Positions 22,890-33,000 are shown, counted from the first letter of the stretch. The stretch: DNA of 33,000 nucleotides from Octopus sinensis (GCF_006345805.1 NW_021832428.1:53782-86781), one strand, 5' to 3'. Notes: generated by a model from the sequence alone, not told the origin. Made by a program: numbers and translations.

Positions 22890-23144
22890 ACTCTGACATT
22901 GCAAACGCTAATCGATTCGCACACGAATTCACGAGAGATGAAGGCATCTTTCAAATGTATTGCCTTGGCAATCCAAAATTTTAGAAACCAGTCACATTCA
23001 GATTCCTTCTTTATAATAATCAATAAATATTTAGTTTACATTGTCAAAAATGAGTTACATTCAGAATTCAACAAGGATATGTAGCGAGATGGGATTAATG
23101 GTATCAGTAAAAGTTTTTTTGATACCATTCGACATGCATATTAG
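22890..23144 (+). other. Possible 3' exons of an unidentified tiny-intron host gene
   Basis: Two phase-2 GT-AG introns (22957-22984, 28 nt; 23081-23107, 27 nt) join three exons into one open frame ending at TAG 23142-23144. No homology was recognised and no start codon was found. Confidence 0.3.
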
Positions 23145-23227
23145 TTACTGAAAAGTGAAGCGCCTTTAAGTCAGAGATGTCTACCTACTCGCCAGTTTAG
23201 TTTGATTCGCCAGTTTAAACATAATAG

Positions 23228-23675
23228 TTATATTTCCACGAAACGATTTTCTTGATACCTTGTCCAACCTCCCCTGTTGCATGCTAAGTTTCTCATTGCG
23301 TCCAGATCATCCCCATTTTTAAGCTTGCGGTTGATTGATTTGAGGTCAGCATCCAGCACCTCCGGTAGAGTAATGCGCGGGCGTCCCCAAAATTTCTTTC
23401 CACTAGCGGCAAAATATTCTTCCATAGCCAAATTTGCGGGTGACGTCTGGTCCATCCGTAGGACATGTCCGAACAGTCTCCATCGGGCTTCCATCACATC
23501 CAGAATCACAGGTTGCGCTGAGCATTTACGGTAAAGTGCCCCGTTGTTGATCCGGGTCGGCCATTGTACCCCACATAATATACGCAGTTGTCTTCGGTGG
23601 AAGGAGTTAAGGTTTTTAATTTCGGAAGCAGAGATCCCCCAACAGGAGGAGTTGTATAGAACAATGTACAATGTA
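23228..23675 (-). mobile_element. RTE-like LINE, 3'-terminal segment
   Basis: VLYNSSCWG..SFHRRQLR..RWRLFGHVLRM..GRPRITL; homologous to 30570-31035. Confidence 0.85.
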
Positions 23676-25118
23676 CGCTGTAAAGACCAATGCCATCCCG
23701 ATGTCCCTGCAATGGCTGCAAAACAGAAGGCTCTCCGACTCTCGCTAGAGAACACAACGGATATGGTCAGAAAACTTTCTTACAATCGGAACGCACCAGG
23801 ATACAGAAAATGATCAAAAAGTTAAACAGCGAACACATTGCAAACGTTTTGGATGCCAGGCTAAAAGAAGTGGAGAATTTAAAGGATTGTGCACAGATGT
23901 TCTTAGCAATGAGGTTGCTTAAGAGGAGGAAGCAAAAGATTAAACTAAAGATCGAGGACAACAACGGAAATATGATTTTTGGTGCTGCGGAACAAGCAGA
24001 ACTTATTGCTACTCATTTTGAGCGACTTTTTAATGTTGACGGGGAAAAGGTGGACCTAATCACTAGTAATCCGGCAAACCTGATAAATGAAATCACGGTG
24101 GAAGAAGTTATGAAAGCAACGAATAGACTGAAAAGTAATCGCTCTCCGGGACCGGATGGTATAAGTGCTGAGTTACTGAAATAAGGTCCTAAAACACTGA
24201 TGGAAATCATGGCCAAAGTACTAAACAAAATGTTTACAACTAATGATCTTCTTCCTTTGGGCAAAGGAATTCTGGTCCCGATTCAAAAACCAAATAAGAA
24301 GATGGGCTCTGTGGATAACCTGCGACCAGTCATTCTACTCAATACGCTGAGAAAGGTCCTTGCTCTCGTGGTTCTAGACCGTATACAAGAGCCTGCGAAC
24401 GAATTCCTGTCTTTGAACCACAGTGGGTTCAGGACGGGTAGATCTACTGCTGATGTGGTCTGGGGACACAGATGGCGTTGCGCTACTTGCCAAAGATTCG
24501 AGAGTGCGACTACAATTCTAGGGATCGACATGTCGAGAGCCTTCGACACAATTCGCCGAGGAAAACTTATTAGTGTTTTGCGGGGATTCCTCGACGGGGA
24601 TTGCGTCAGGATGATAGAAGTCCTATTGTCGAACACGGAATTAAAAGTACAAATTGGGAGTACGTCATCCAGGAATTTTTCGACGACAGTGGGTACCCCT
24701 CAGGGAGACTCCCTTTCCCCTTTGCTGTTCGTGATATACCTGGAGGCGTGATCTCAGGCTCTTTTATAACGGACAAATCACCGAAATTGTATACGCTGAC
24801 GATGTGGATTTTGTATCACACGACACAGCAGCCTTGAGGCGGTTACTTGATGTTGCACCAGCAGAGTTTGGAAAATGGTTCCTCACTGTGAACACAACCA
24901 AAACGGAAATCACGGAAGTCGCACGCATGAGTTCAAGACTAGATGATGAATGGAGACATTCCAGAAAACTGGGCACACTCCTCGGAGATAGTGAGGACAT
25001 TACCCGAAGGAAAGTACTATCGACGGCCGCGTTGAACAGGCTAAAAACGGATTGGGTGGCTAACAGGCCGGTAACGATTGCGCTTCGTTTGTGCCTCTAC
25101 AATGCATTCGTTCTATAA
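23676..25118 (+). mobile_element. RTE-like LINE, linker and RT segment (inverted relative to the adjacent 3' segment)
   Basis: SPGPDGI, LRPVILLN, GIDMSRAFDTI, GTPQGDSLSPLLF and YADDVDF; ends at LYNAFV. Confidence 0.9.
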
Positions 25119-25302
25119 ACTACCATTTATCATTTGAACTTTTGATACAAAATCAGTCAAATTCAAAATCTTGGACTGATTGATCTCCCGAATATGCTGG
25201 ATAGAATAATGGCAGTTCAGTTAATGTAACAGGACTTGTCTGAAGGAAAGGATATGAGCAATCATAACCCGAACATATTAGCGTTAATAGTGAATTAGTG
25301 TG

Positions 25303-25955
25303 TTAAGAACGAGCCTTGTTCTGGACGGGGAGATACAACTTGAACTCTGCGGGGAGTTCGTCCTCGGAGTAGAGCCTCTCGGAGAAAAAGACTCGTCGAA
25401 TGCGGCAGTTTGCATGGATCTAAAATGGGGAGAGGGAGTGACCTGGACCCTCAAAGTCTCGATGTAATTAGTCCCGTAGGCACGTCTGGTGAAGTCCGAC
25501 AGGTTGAACTGTATTTGGTTCCACCCGTCGTCGAGTCGCATGGGCATGGTGCAGATGAAGGGCTTAACTCGGGTGGTGCTTTGGTAGTTGCTGGCACGGA
25601 ATCGTCGTTTGACGTTTTTGTCGTCGAGGACTTGGACTTCGAAGGTGAAGTACTTTTTGAGGTTTTTGATGATCATGACAAGAAAGGGGAGTTTGATGCC
25701 GAGAGTGACGTCCATAGTGGTGAGGTGATGTAGGTGGTGCTAAGGAGTGGGGGGAATGAGCGGACCTGACATTAGTGCCGGCAATCTCGAGGACGAGTGA
25801 CTGGATGTCGTTGTCGGTGATTCTCTTGATGTGTCCGTTCTTGACCTGTGGTGGTGATAGAGGAGATGTGCCTGTTTGTCCCATATTTGGAGTGGCTTAC
25901 TGCCAATGCTGTACAAAATGGACAACATGCCGCTTTGGAAAGTATTAGTGAACAT
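25303..25955 (-). CDS. CFAP20: Cilia- and flagella-associated protein 20 (BUG22/GTL3), with three tiny introns and an apparent 4-nt deficit near 25715
   Basis: [67 protein letters not shown] is nearly identical to animal CFAP20. Introns: 25846-25871 (GC-AG), 25740-25765 and 25420-25442. Confidence 0.95.
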
Positions 25956-26034
25956 TGTAAAGTAGGATGGTTATCATGACAACTAGAACAGGGTGGCCAC
26001 AATAAAACAAACAAGAAGCCAAATAAAGAATGGA

Positions 26035-26860
26035 CTAGTTAGGTTGGTCGGGAGGAGGGTAGCCCATTTGTTGTGCAGCCCACTGCTGTTGTGCGTAGTG
26101 GTACTGTTGGTCCCAGTAGTCCTGCATAGTCCAGTCAGTGAGCCCTCCAAAGTGGTAGAGAGGCATGTGATATGGGCGTGGCCAGCGAGGGGTGGTGCGA
26201 CGACCAGTGAGTGGCTGAGCCAGTTTGCACTCGACCTACGTTGACAAGATGGGCCAACTCTCTTGCCACTAATGACGACGTATCTCTCCATGCACAGACG
26301 GTTGACGGGCTCTTGTGAATCGAACGTGACGAATCCGAACCCTCGGTGGCGTTCTCTGTTCTGGTCCATCATCAAAATAGTGTCCGTCACCTCACATGTC
26401 ATTCAACCACTCACATTTCCGTAGTACGAAAAAAAGGCCTTTATCGTCTCCTCTGTGCAGTTCGCAGGCAGTCCCCCTATGAAGATCTTCCCGTCCGACC
26501 CATCTCCTCCACCCTTCACTACTCCACCAACTTATTACTTTCCCTCGCGGATTGCACATCTTCGGGTCCACTTGCCTCCCATCCACCACGTGCGTCAATG
26601 TACCCATCACTTTCTGCACTGACAAAGCAGACTCGAATGTCACAAATCCAAATCCACGCGACTGCCCTGTCTCCACGTTCGTCATCACTATGCACTCCTC
26701 CACTTCACCGAACCGACCAAAGTACGCCTTCATCGATTCTTCTATTTCTAACACCCATTACCATTATTTGTCTCTGAGGCTAACCCACCAACAAATAATT
26801 TTCTAATTAATTAAGTTTACTAGTTCTATCATTCATCTACTACCTTTTCTCGTCGCCCAT
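26035..26860 (-). CDS. DAZAP1: Two-RRM hnRNP protein, DAZAP1/Hrb27C (Musashi-related) type
   Basis: Five introns (41, 20-23, 25, 24 and 23 nt) give KLFVGGL..SRGFGFVTF..DGRQVDPKMCNPRG and KIFIGGLPANC..HRGFGFVTF..GKRVECKLAQP, plus a Q/Y/P-rich tail. The DPKxCxPR motif favours DAZAP1/Hrb27C. Confidence 0.8.
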
Positions 26861-26989
26861 CTTATCCACACCACTAAAACTAATCGACTATTTATTTTTT
26901 ACTTTTCTACTCTATTCTATTTTTTACATTTAATTATACTTTATTCCTCCTAATCATCCAAAACAACAAAGTCATGTTTCCTTCCTGAA

Positions 26990-27560
26990 TCGAGTCATGA
27001 GTGTCGTTATGTGTTTGCCAATAATCACCCGATAATGTGCCAGGGTGTCGAACGAGCAATAATTAATCAGTCCATTCACAAATAAAGCGGAAATAATTTG
27101 TTTTTTATCTGGATTGATGTGATAAAGCGTTCCATTCGGTTGATCACGACTTTCTTGCAAACTCGGCCTCCCTCACTCCGACCTTGTCGCAAATTGGAAA
27201 TTAAGCCAATCCCCAACCAGAACGTGATTGGAAAATCAAAATGGAAAGAAACATACTCAGGGTGATTTCTTGTCACTCCAAATCTTTGCATTTGTAATGA
27301 ATCCACTCAGTGAAAGTACCCAAAGTTATGATGGATGACCAAGATGATGGCTACATATACACCAACTGTTCATTGATCATCTACAAATAATAATGACTAC
27401 TCACCAAGGCAGATGTGTACATGCAGGGAGAATGTAATTAAGAAATCAATGAGTTTAAAAATCTACTCTGTTCAGTCAGTGGCTGAGAATAAACACAATC
27501 ACGCTTATAAAATATTGTGCGCATGGCACTCCTCTCATATTAGATGATCTTCAAAAGGTT
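26990..27560 (+). mobile_element. Decayed RT fragment of the R4/Dong-like family
   Basis: MCQGVERAIINQSIHK..WIDVIKAFHSVDHDFL..ERNIL.GDFLSL.IF.FVMNPLS..LFIDHL parallels the RT of 10989-12281. Confidence 0.65.
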
Positions 27561-27589
27561 TGTTTCACAGTGGAGGTTATCAATTGGGG

Positions 27590-28520
27590 TTGATTTTAGA
27601 CACCCACATATTGTGCCTTGTTTTGTACTGATTGAAGTGCCATTGTCGAGTTTATGGATAAGCAGGGCGCCCAGCTTGGACTCGCATAACTTATTGTAAT
27701 GTGACCACTTATTGCTTTGTTTTTGCGTCTGTTTGCCTTGACAGAAATGTTAGAGACATGTGAAGGACATAGTTGGATCAAAAGTAAGTCCGAGGATAGT
27801 AGGTTTTTGCATAGTGGGAGGTCAGAACCAAAGAGAGATAACTTCGGGTGAAGGTTTGATTGTCGGAAGAAAATAACCGATAATTTCGAGGGCGATGTAT
27901 GGCAGCAGTGATTTGTTTGTTTAGATTCATCAGTTCTATCCATTTTCCCGTTTCAGTTTGTTACGAGTCTTTATAAGGGCGTTTACTTCGTGGCTGTAAC
28001 TTTGCGAGAAATTTTGTATAATTCCTTGAGGAAAGTATTTAGGTCGTAAATGACCTTCAAAGAAGTAACAGGGGCCAGAATTGGAGTACACAGCCGGACG
28101 TATGAGTATCCAGGAAAGTGATTTTTGGTCGAGAGCTTCGTTTCTTGCACAAAGGAATGTCGTGCTTCTCCAGGAAAGGAATAAAGTTCAGCAGTCTTCG
28201 GAGCAATCCCATTGATGTTGATCTGCAAGATACGTAATAGGGTCTTCTTGCTGGGGACAGGATTTGGTTCAATGTTTCCGGAAAGGAGAAGGGCGAGTTT
28301 GATAAGCAAAGAGGCCTTTGGGAGCAACGGCTTCGATAGGGGAGTAGTTTGAGTCTTATCGTAGTATAGAACTATCATCTGCCACCGCGAGAAGGTGACC
28401 CACATCGACAGACAAGGCTTTTCCTTTTTATGCCTCATGCAACCACTGAGTGCATTTATGTGTCCCATATTTGTTTAATGTCCTGCCTTTTTACAATAGT
28501 ATGGAAGCAGGGTTTATGGA
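27590..28520 (-). mobile_element. Heavily deleted I/jockey-group LINE: 2A-like motif, APE N-terminus and RT thumb fragment
   Basis: LLLSGNIEPNPVP followed by LRILQININGI and VQETKL; the distal piece reads PTILGLTFDP..ISYASPSWAP. Confidence 0.7.
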
Positions 28521-28554
28521 TTACTATCTGTGAACTGTGAGTAATCCACAGCGT

Positions 28555-28860
28555 AACTATAGCACCATTTGTACTAACATTAAAATGTTGTGAGTAAATT
28601 CTAGAAACATCACTGCGACTAAATCAGTCTGAGGGACCCAAACGAGCTTACATTCAGTCGATGGTTGTCAGGAAAACATTGGAGAGTATGGATGGGGACA
28701 TAAGCTGGAATGATGCCGCCGGAGCAACACCGAAAGACTCAGCTTACAAATAGAGCAACGGAAGAATCTTTGCTAGATGAGAACGACAACAAAAGAGGCC
28801 AGGCCTATGAGATGGATAAGTATGCTTATTAAGAGATTGGCAATCTAGAAAGAGAAAGAA
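28555..28860 (+). mobile_element. 3' end of the R4/Dong-like family, probably continuing the copy at 26990-27560
   Basis: EGPKRAYIQSMVVRKTLESM matches TYIQSIVLKRTLESM. Confidence 0.65.
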
Positions 28861-28899
28861 AATTGATTTGAGATAAATTAAAAAGTACTAATAAAAAAG

Positions 28900-31070
28900 A
28901 GATAAAAACCTATTAAAAATTACGAAGCTAAATATACAAACGCGAAGAAGGCGAGACAAAGGCCAAAATACACTTCCAGCAGAGAATTGTGGCTGGAGCC
29001 CACTTGTAAAGACAATTATCACAAGCAATTGAGACTCTTATGGAGAAAACCACACCAGAACTTCATTACGAACCCGGTGGGACCAAACAAAGCGGGCAAT
29101 CTCCAAGGCGGCCAGTATATGCCTTGGAGTCCGAAATCATTGTGCCCTAAAACTGGATCACCACCCGAACGTGCCAGACATGGCAAAGCATCGCAGAGAG
29201 GTACGGCTAAAAGCCGCAAACACGGCAGACGAGATTAAGAAAAAGGAGCTTAACATCCAACAAGGGAACTAAAGTGCAAAATCCAAAAGATGAACCGAAA
29301 ATACTCACGAGAAATCATTACATCCCTACTAAAAGATGTGGAATGCCTAAAAGACAACTCAAGGATGTATGCGGCCCTACGACTACTGCGGACTACTAAG
29401 AAAGGACAAAACATCCTCCACATTAAAGACAAAGATGGAAAATTCGTGGGTAATCCAAAAGAAAAAGCAGAGCTGATCGCACGAAACTTCGAAACCTTGC
29501 TGAATAGAAAACACGGACTTTCCCTGTTTCCAGGGAGATGCAAAAGCGTTAAAAATCCCAATCACAGCGGAAGAGTGGAACTAGCGATAAATAAACTGAG
29601 GAACAACAAGAGTGCTGGGCCGGACAACATAAGCCCCGAGCTCCTAAAATATGGGCCAAAAAAACTCAGCGACACAATTGCAAAAACCCTAAATGAAATT
29701 TTCGAAACTAATACCGATCTGGGACTTGGAATGGATTACTAATACCCATACAAATCCAACAAACCAAAAGGACCCGTAGAAAATCTCCTCCCGATAATAC
29801 TCCTGAATTCGATACGCAAGGTGCTGGCAGACGTCGCACTAAGGCGGATAAAGGGTGTGGCGGATCAATACTATCACCGAGTCAAAGTGGGTTCCGAGAT
29901 GGGAGGTCTACGGCAGACATTGTATGGAGCCACAGATGGCGCTGCGCAACGCACCAAAGATTCAAGAGCACAACGACCGTGCTGGGAATAGATCTCTCCA
30001 GAGCCTTTGACTCAATAACATACAGAAACTGATGAATGTGCTTGAGCAAATACTGGATGAATCATCGGTTAGAATAATCAGACTACTACTTGCGAACACA
30101 AGACTATTCGTGAGGACAGAAGGAGCAACTTCCCGCAGTTTCAAAACAACGACTGGGACACTCCAGGGTGACTCTCTCTCCCCCCTACTATTCACCATCT
30201 ACCTTGAATCTGCACTCCGCGACCTCCGTAAATGCTATACGGGAGACATAGAAAGAAACATCCTATGCCGATGATGTGGATTTCGTATCACGGGACGTGA
30301 CCGCACTCCAACACCTATGGAGCTTGGGAGCTTGGGAATGGGTCCTCAGCGTAAATGTGAACAAAACTGAGATTACGGAAATCCAAAGAGAATGATACTA
30401 CCCATGAAAGATGGAGACACACTAATAAGCTTGGATCCCTACTGGGAGACGCTGAAGATGTACTAAGGAGGAAAACACTGGCGAATTCGGCATTGGCGAA
30501 ACTGAAGAAAGGATGGCTAAGAGCCAAAGGACTTGGAGTTGGCATCAGATGCAGGCTCTACAACGCGTTTGTGAAACCGATCCTGCTGTACAACGCTGGG
30601 ACATGGGGATGTTCCTTCAACGATCTACTGAAACTGGACTCATTCCATAGAAGGCAACTAAGAAGCTTACTCGGAATGGAGTGGCCACGTCGAATATCAA
30701 CCAATGGTATCTACAACAAGTGTATGTGCTCCTGCATCAGCGGGGATGTGGTAGATGCCCGGTGGAGGCTATTCGGGCATGTACTAAGAATGAACCCGGA
30801 CGCACCAGCTAACAAAGCGATGGAAGACTACTTCGACAGATGCGACATACCCTTCCGCGGACGACCTAGATCGACACTTCCAACTGCCTTAAACAAAGAC
30901 CTAAATCGAGTGAGGAAAAACCTAAAGACGGGGGACGACCTGGAGGAATTAAGATCACTCGCATACGACAGAGGAAAATGGAAAAAACTAACCTTAAATA
31001 TCGTTACATTGAGTGTTGCACATGCGGGGCTATAAACATTATGGCTTTCGTGAAAGTGCTATAATAATAA
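28900..31070 (+). mobile_element. 5'-truncated RTE-like LINE with an intact 3' end
   Basis: SAGPDNI, GDSLSPLLFTIYLE, YADDVDF, LYNAFVKPILLYNAGTWG and RWRLFGHVLRM, with frameshifts; same family as 23228-25118. Confidence 0.9.
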
Positions 31071-31121
31071 ATACAAATAACGTAATATGTATTAGTTTAA
31101 AAGTAATAAAACTATAAAAAC

Positions 31122-31202
31122 ACCGATATGGCCGAGCGGTTAAGGCGGTGCACTTAGATGCATTGGACAATGTCCTCGTGGGTTCGAATCCCACTGTCGG
31201 TA
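31122..31202 (+). tRNA. tRNA-Leu (type II, body resembles Leu-TAA) with a 6-nt anticodon loop; defective gene or assembly error
   Basis: ACCGATA/TGTCGGT acceptor stem, GCCGAGCGGTTAAGGC D arm, GTGCA-CTTAGA-TGCAT anticodon arm, long variable arm GGACAATGTCC, GGTTCGAATCC T arm and a TTTT terminator. Confidence 0.85.
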
Positions 31203-31260
31203 TTTTCTCAATTTTTAAATAAACTTTTAATATTCAAAGTGTGCCGTGGTTGTTGTATAA

Positions 31261-31930
31261 ATGTCGTTTTTTTACATCGTATCTTGATAGCAACGAAGCG
31301 GAGAGAATAAAAGCATACAAATACAATGCTGTAGACAACAGTCCTGTGTCTAAATACATAACCAAGCCATTCTGGCGTTGGATTGCCGAGTCCTACTGCC
31401 CGGTCTGGCTATCCCCGAATGTCCTAACCCTCCTCATTTGTCTGTCCTCATCATAGTCTATTTTGCCATTGACCAATACGACCATAATTTTTGTGGTTCA
31501 ACCTACTTGTCGTCTTCCTTCCCATTCCTGGCTAGGCGTGGCTTGTCACTTCTTTCTGCACATTTCTCTCACACACCCTCGACGGAACTGACGGAATGCA
31601 GGCCAGGAAGTTGGGGATCAGCAGTGCCATGGGGGAACTCCTCGACCACGGCTGTGATAGTTTTTCTGCCTTTTTGTTGGTCATGTTCGTCTTCTCCTCC
31701 CTTTATGTCTGCGGGGGCAGTGGAGGGATGTCACTTGGGAGATTAGTTTTCAATCTTGGCTCAGTTCTCTCTTTGTTTTATCTCTCACATTGGGAGAATA
31801 CATTACTGGCACTCTCTTCCTTCCCTGGGCTTACGATCCTACTTTTCTGGGACTGACACTTTTCTTGGCCGTTCTTCCACTTTTCCAGCCACTTCCAGCC
31901 CTCGGACTGGTTTCCTACAACTTGCACTAA
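31261..31930 (+). pseudogene. EPT1: Ethanolamine phosphotransferase (EPT1/SELENOI-like CDP-alcohol phosphotransferase), frameshifted and 3'-truncated
   Basis: YKYNAVDNSPVSKY..PFW..WLSPNVLTL, LDGTDGMQARK..GELLDHGCD and SHWEKY.TGTLFLPWAYD; about four frameshifts, a TAG at a conserved Trp position, and no intron needed. Confidence 0.75.
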
Positions 31931-31985
31931 TGCACGAGTTTAATGCACGAGTTTTTTGTAGTTCGACTACGATACAAAAATCTGT

Positions 31986-32985
31986 CTAATAACCGATAAA
32001 AGAAAGAGTAACTGTTATGTTTTGCGTTAGTATGATGGGAGAAAAACTTGATCCATTTGTTATTGGAAAAGCCAAAAATCCACGCTGCTTTAAAAGAAGA
32101 AGAAATTTAATTAATAATTTACAAGTGGAATACAAATCAAATAAAAAAGCATGAAAGACATATGGTTATTTCTCAGAATGGCTCATAGAATTGAACAAAA
32201 AATGATTTTGCAAAAAGAAAAATTCTAATTCTACTTGATATGCAACTGTACACTCACGTGATTTAGAGTTCAGTAACATCGAACTCTTTTTCCCTCCAAA
32301 TACAACATCGAAGTTACAACCCCTTGATCAAGGAATAATAAAATCATTCAAAGACAGGTATAGACAACTCCTATGTGCACACTTGATTGAATTTTATACT
32401 AATGATGACAATGTAGATCACGAAAAAGTTACGGAAAAGTTGAAGAAATTCACTCTATTGAATTGCTTGATATTCATAAATCAAGCTTGGTTAGAAGTGT
32501 CGGTAATTAACAATTACAATTGTTTCAAGAAAGCATTTGAAAATGCGTTAATACAGAACCTGACAGAAATAGAAGAAATAGATGATGAAAAATTTTTTGA
32601 TTCATGAAAATGATCAAATGACGACGAAAACTTTATACAAAACTTTGCGAGAAAACTAAAACAGCAAGACCAAGTTGAAGAGGAAGATGAAAAAATTTAT
32701 GTTCCGACACTATATGAGCTAGTGAATATGCGAAGGCGCTTGAATTTATGTTTCTTGAGAATGATTATGAACAAAGAGAAAAGTATACGAAATACAAAAA
32801 ATTTTAAGAAATTTCAAACTAATCATTCTCAAAAAATCACCGATTACATATAAAATCTCTAATAATCTTTGTAATTATACTTTAATATTGTTTATTGTTA
32901 TTTCGATTCCTTTTGTTCACTATAGACAATATGAACATTGTTTTGACCGTGGACATTTTGTTCATTATAGAGAGGGTTGACTGTA
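31986..32985 (+). mobile_element. 5'-truncated pogo/Tigger transposon with a 3' TIR
   Basis: KLDPFVIGKAKNPRCF..FFPPNTTSKLQPLDQGIIKSFK..INQAWLEV....NCFKK; the terminal TIR ..ATAGAGAGGGTTGACTG ends at 32983, followed by TA, with subterminal TTTTGTTCA(C/T)TATAGA repeats. Confidence 0.88.
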
Positions 32986-33000
32986 CATTAATCTAAAGAA

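Noticed and set aside
25410-26777. Plus-strand ORFs overlapping CFAP20 and DAZAP1
   Set aside because: Antisense shadows of strongly supported minus-strand genes.
26972-27306. Minus-strand ORFs 26972-27160 and 27076-27306 as a host gene
   Set aside because: The plus strand carries recognisable decayed RT motifs of the R4-like family, which explains the region.

Overview
Eukaryotic, gene-dense but heavily TE-invaded DNA from an animal-like genome with ultra-short spliceosomal introns (mostly 20-28 nt), so most real genes are invisible or fragmented in the ORF track. I infer a highly reduced metazoan parasite; a dicyemid is the best guess, unverified. Host genes rebuilt by manual splicing: a large SH3 + spectrin-repeat (plakin/spectrin-superfamily-like) gene running off the left end, HSBP1, a secreted LRR protein, a small La-motif protein, CFAP20, a DAZAP1/Hrb27C-type RRM protein, a disrupted EPT1/SELENOI-like gene, tRNA-Tyr(GTA) and a tRNA-Leu with a 6-nt anticodon loop. 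More than half of the window is TE-derived: R4/Dong-like and CRE-like RLE retrotransposons, I/jockey-group and RTE-like LINEs, pogo/Tigger, Tc1 and hAT. The most striking structure is a 14-3-3-like pseudogene split over ~9 kb. It is cut by a 7.36-kb pogo-TIR-bounded nested composite (TA target duplication) that carries a near-complete retrotransposon, and by a hAT element with a perfect 8-bp TSD; both empty sites rejoin in frame. Many small indels in conserved genes suggest assembly errors, so intact-versus-pseudogene calls are uncertain. No database searches were run; family assignments come from motif recognition.
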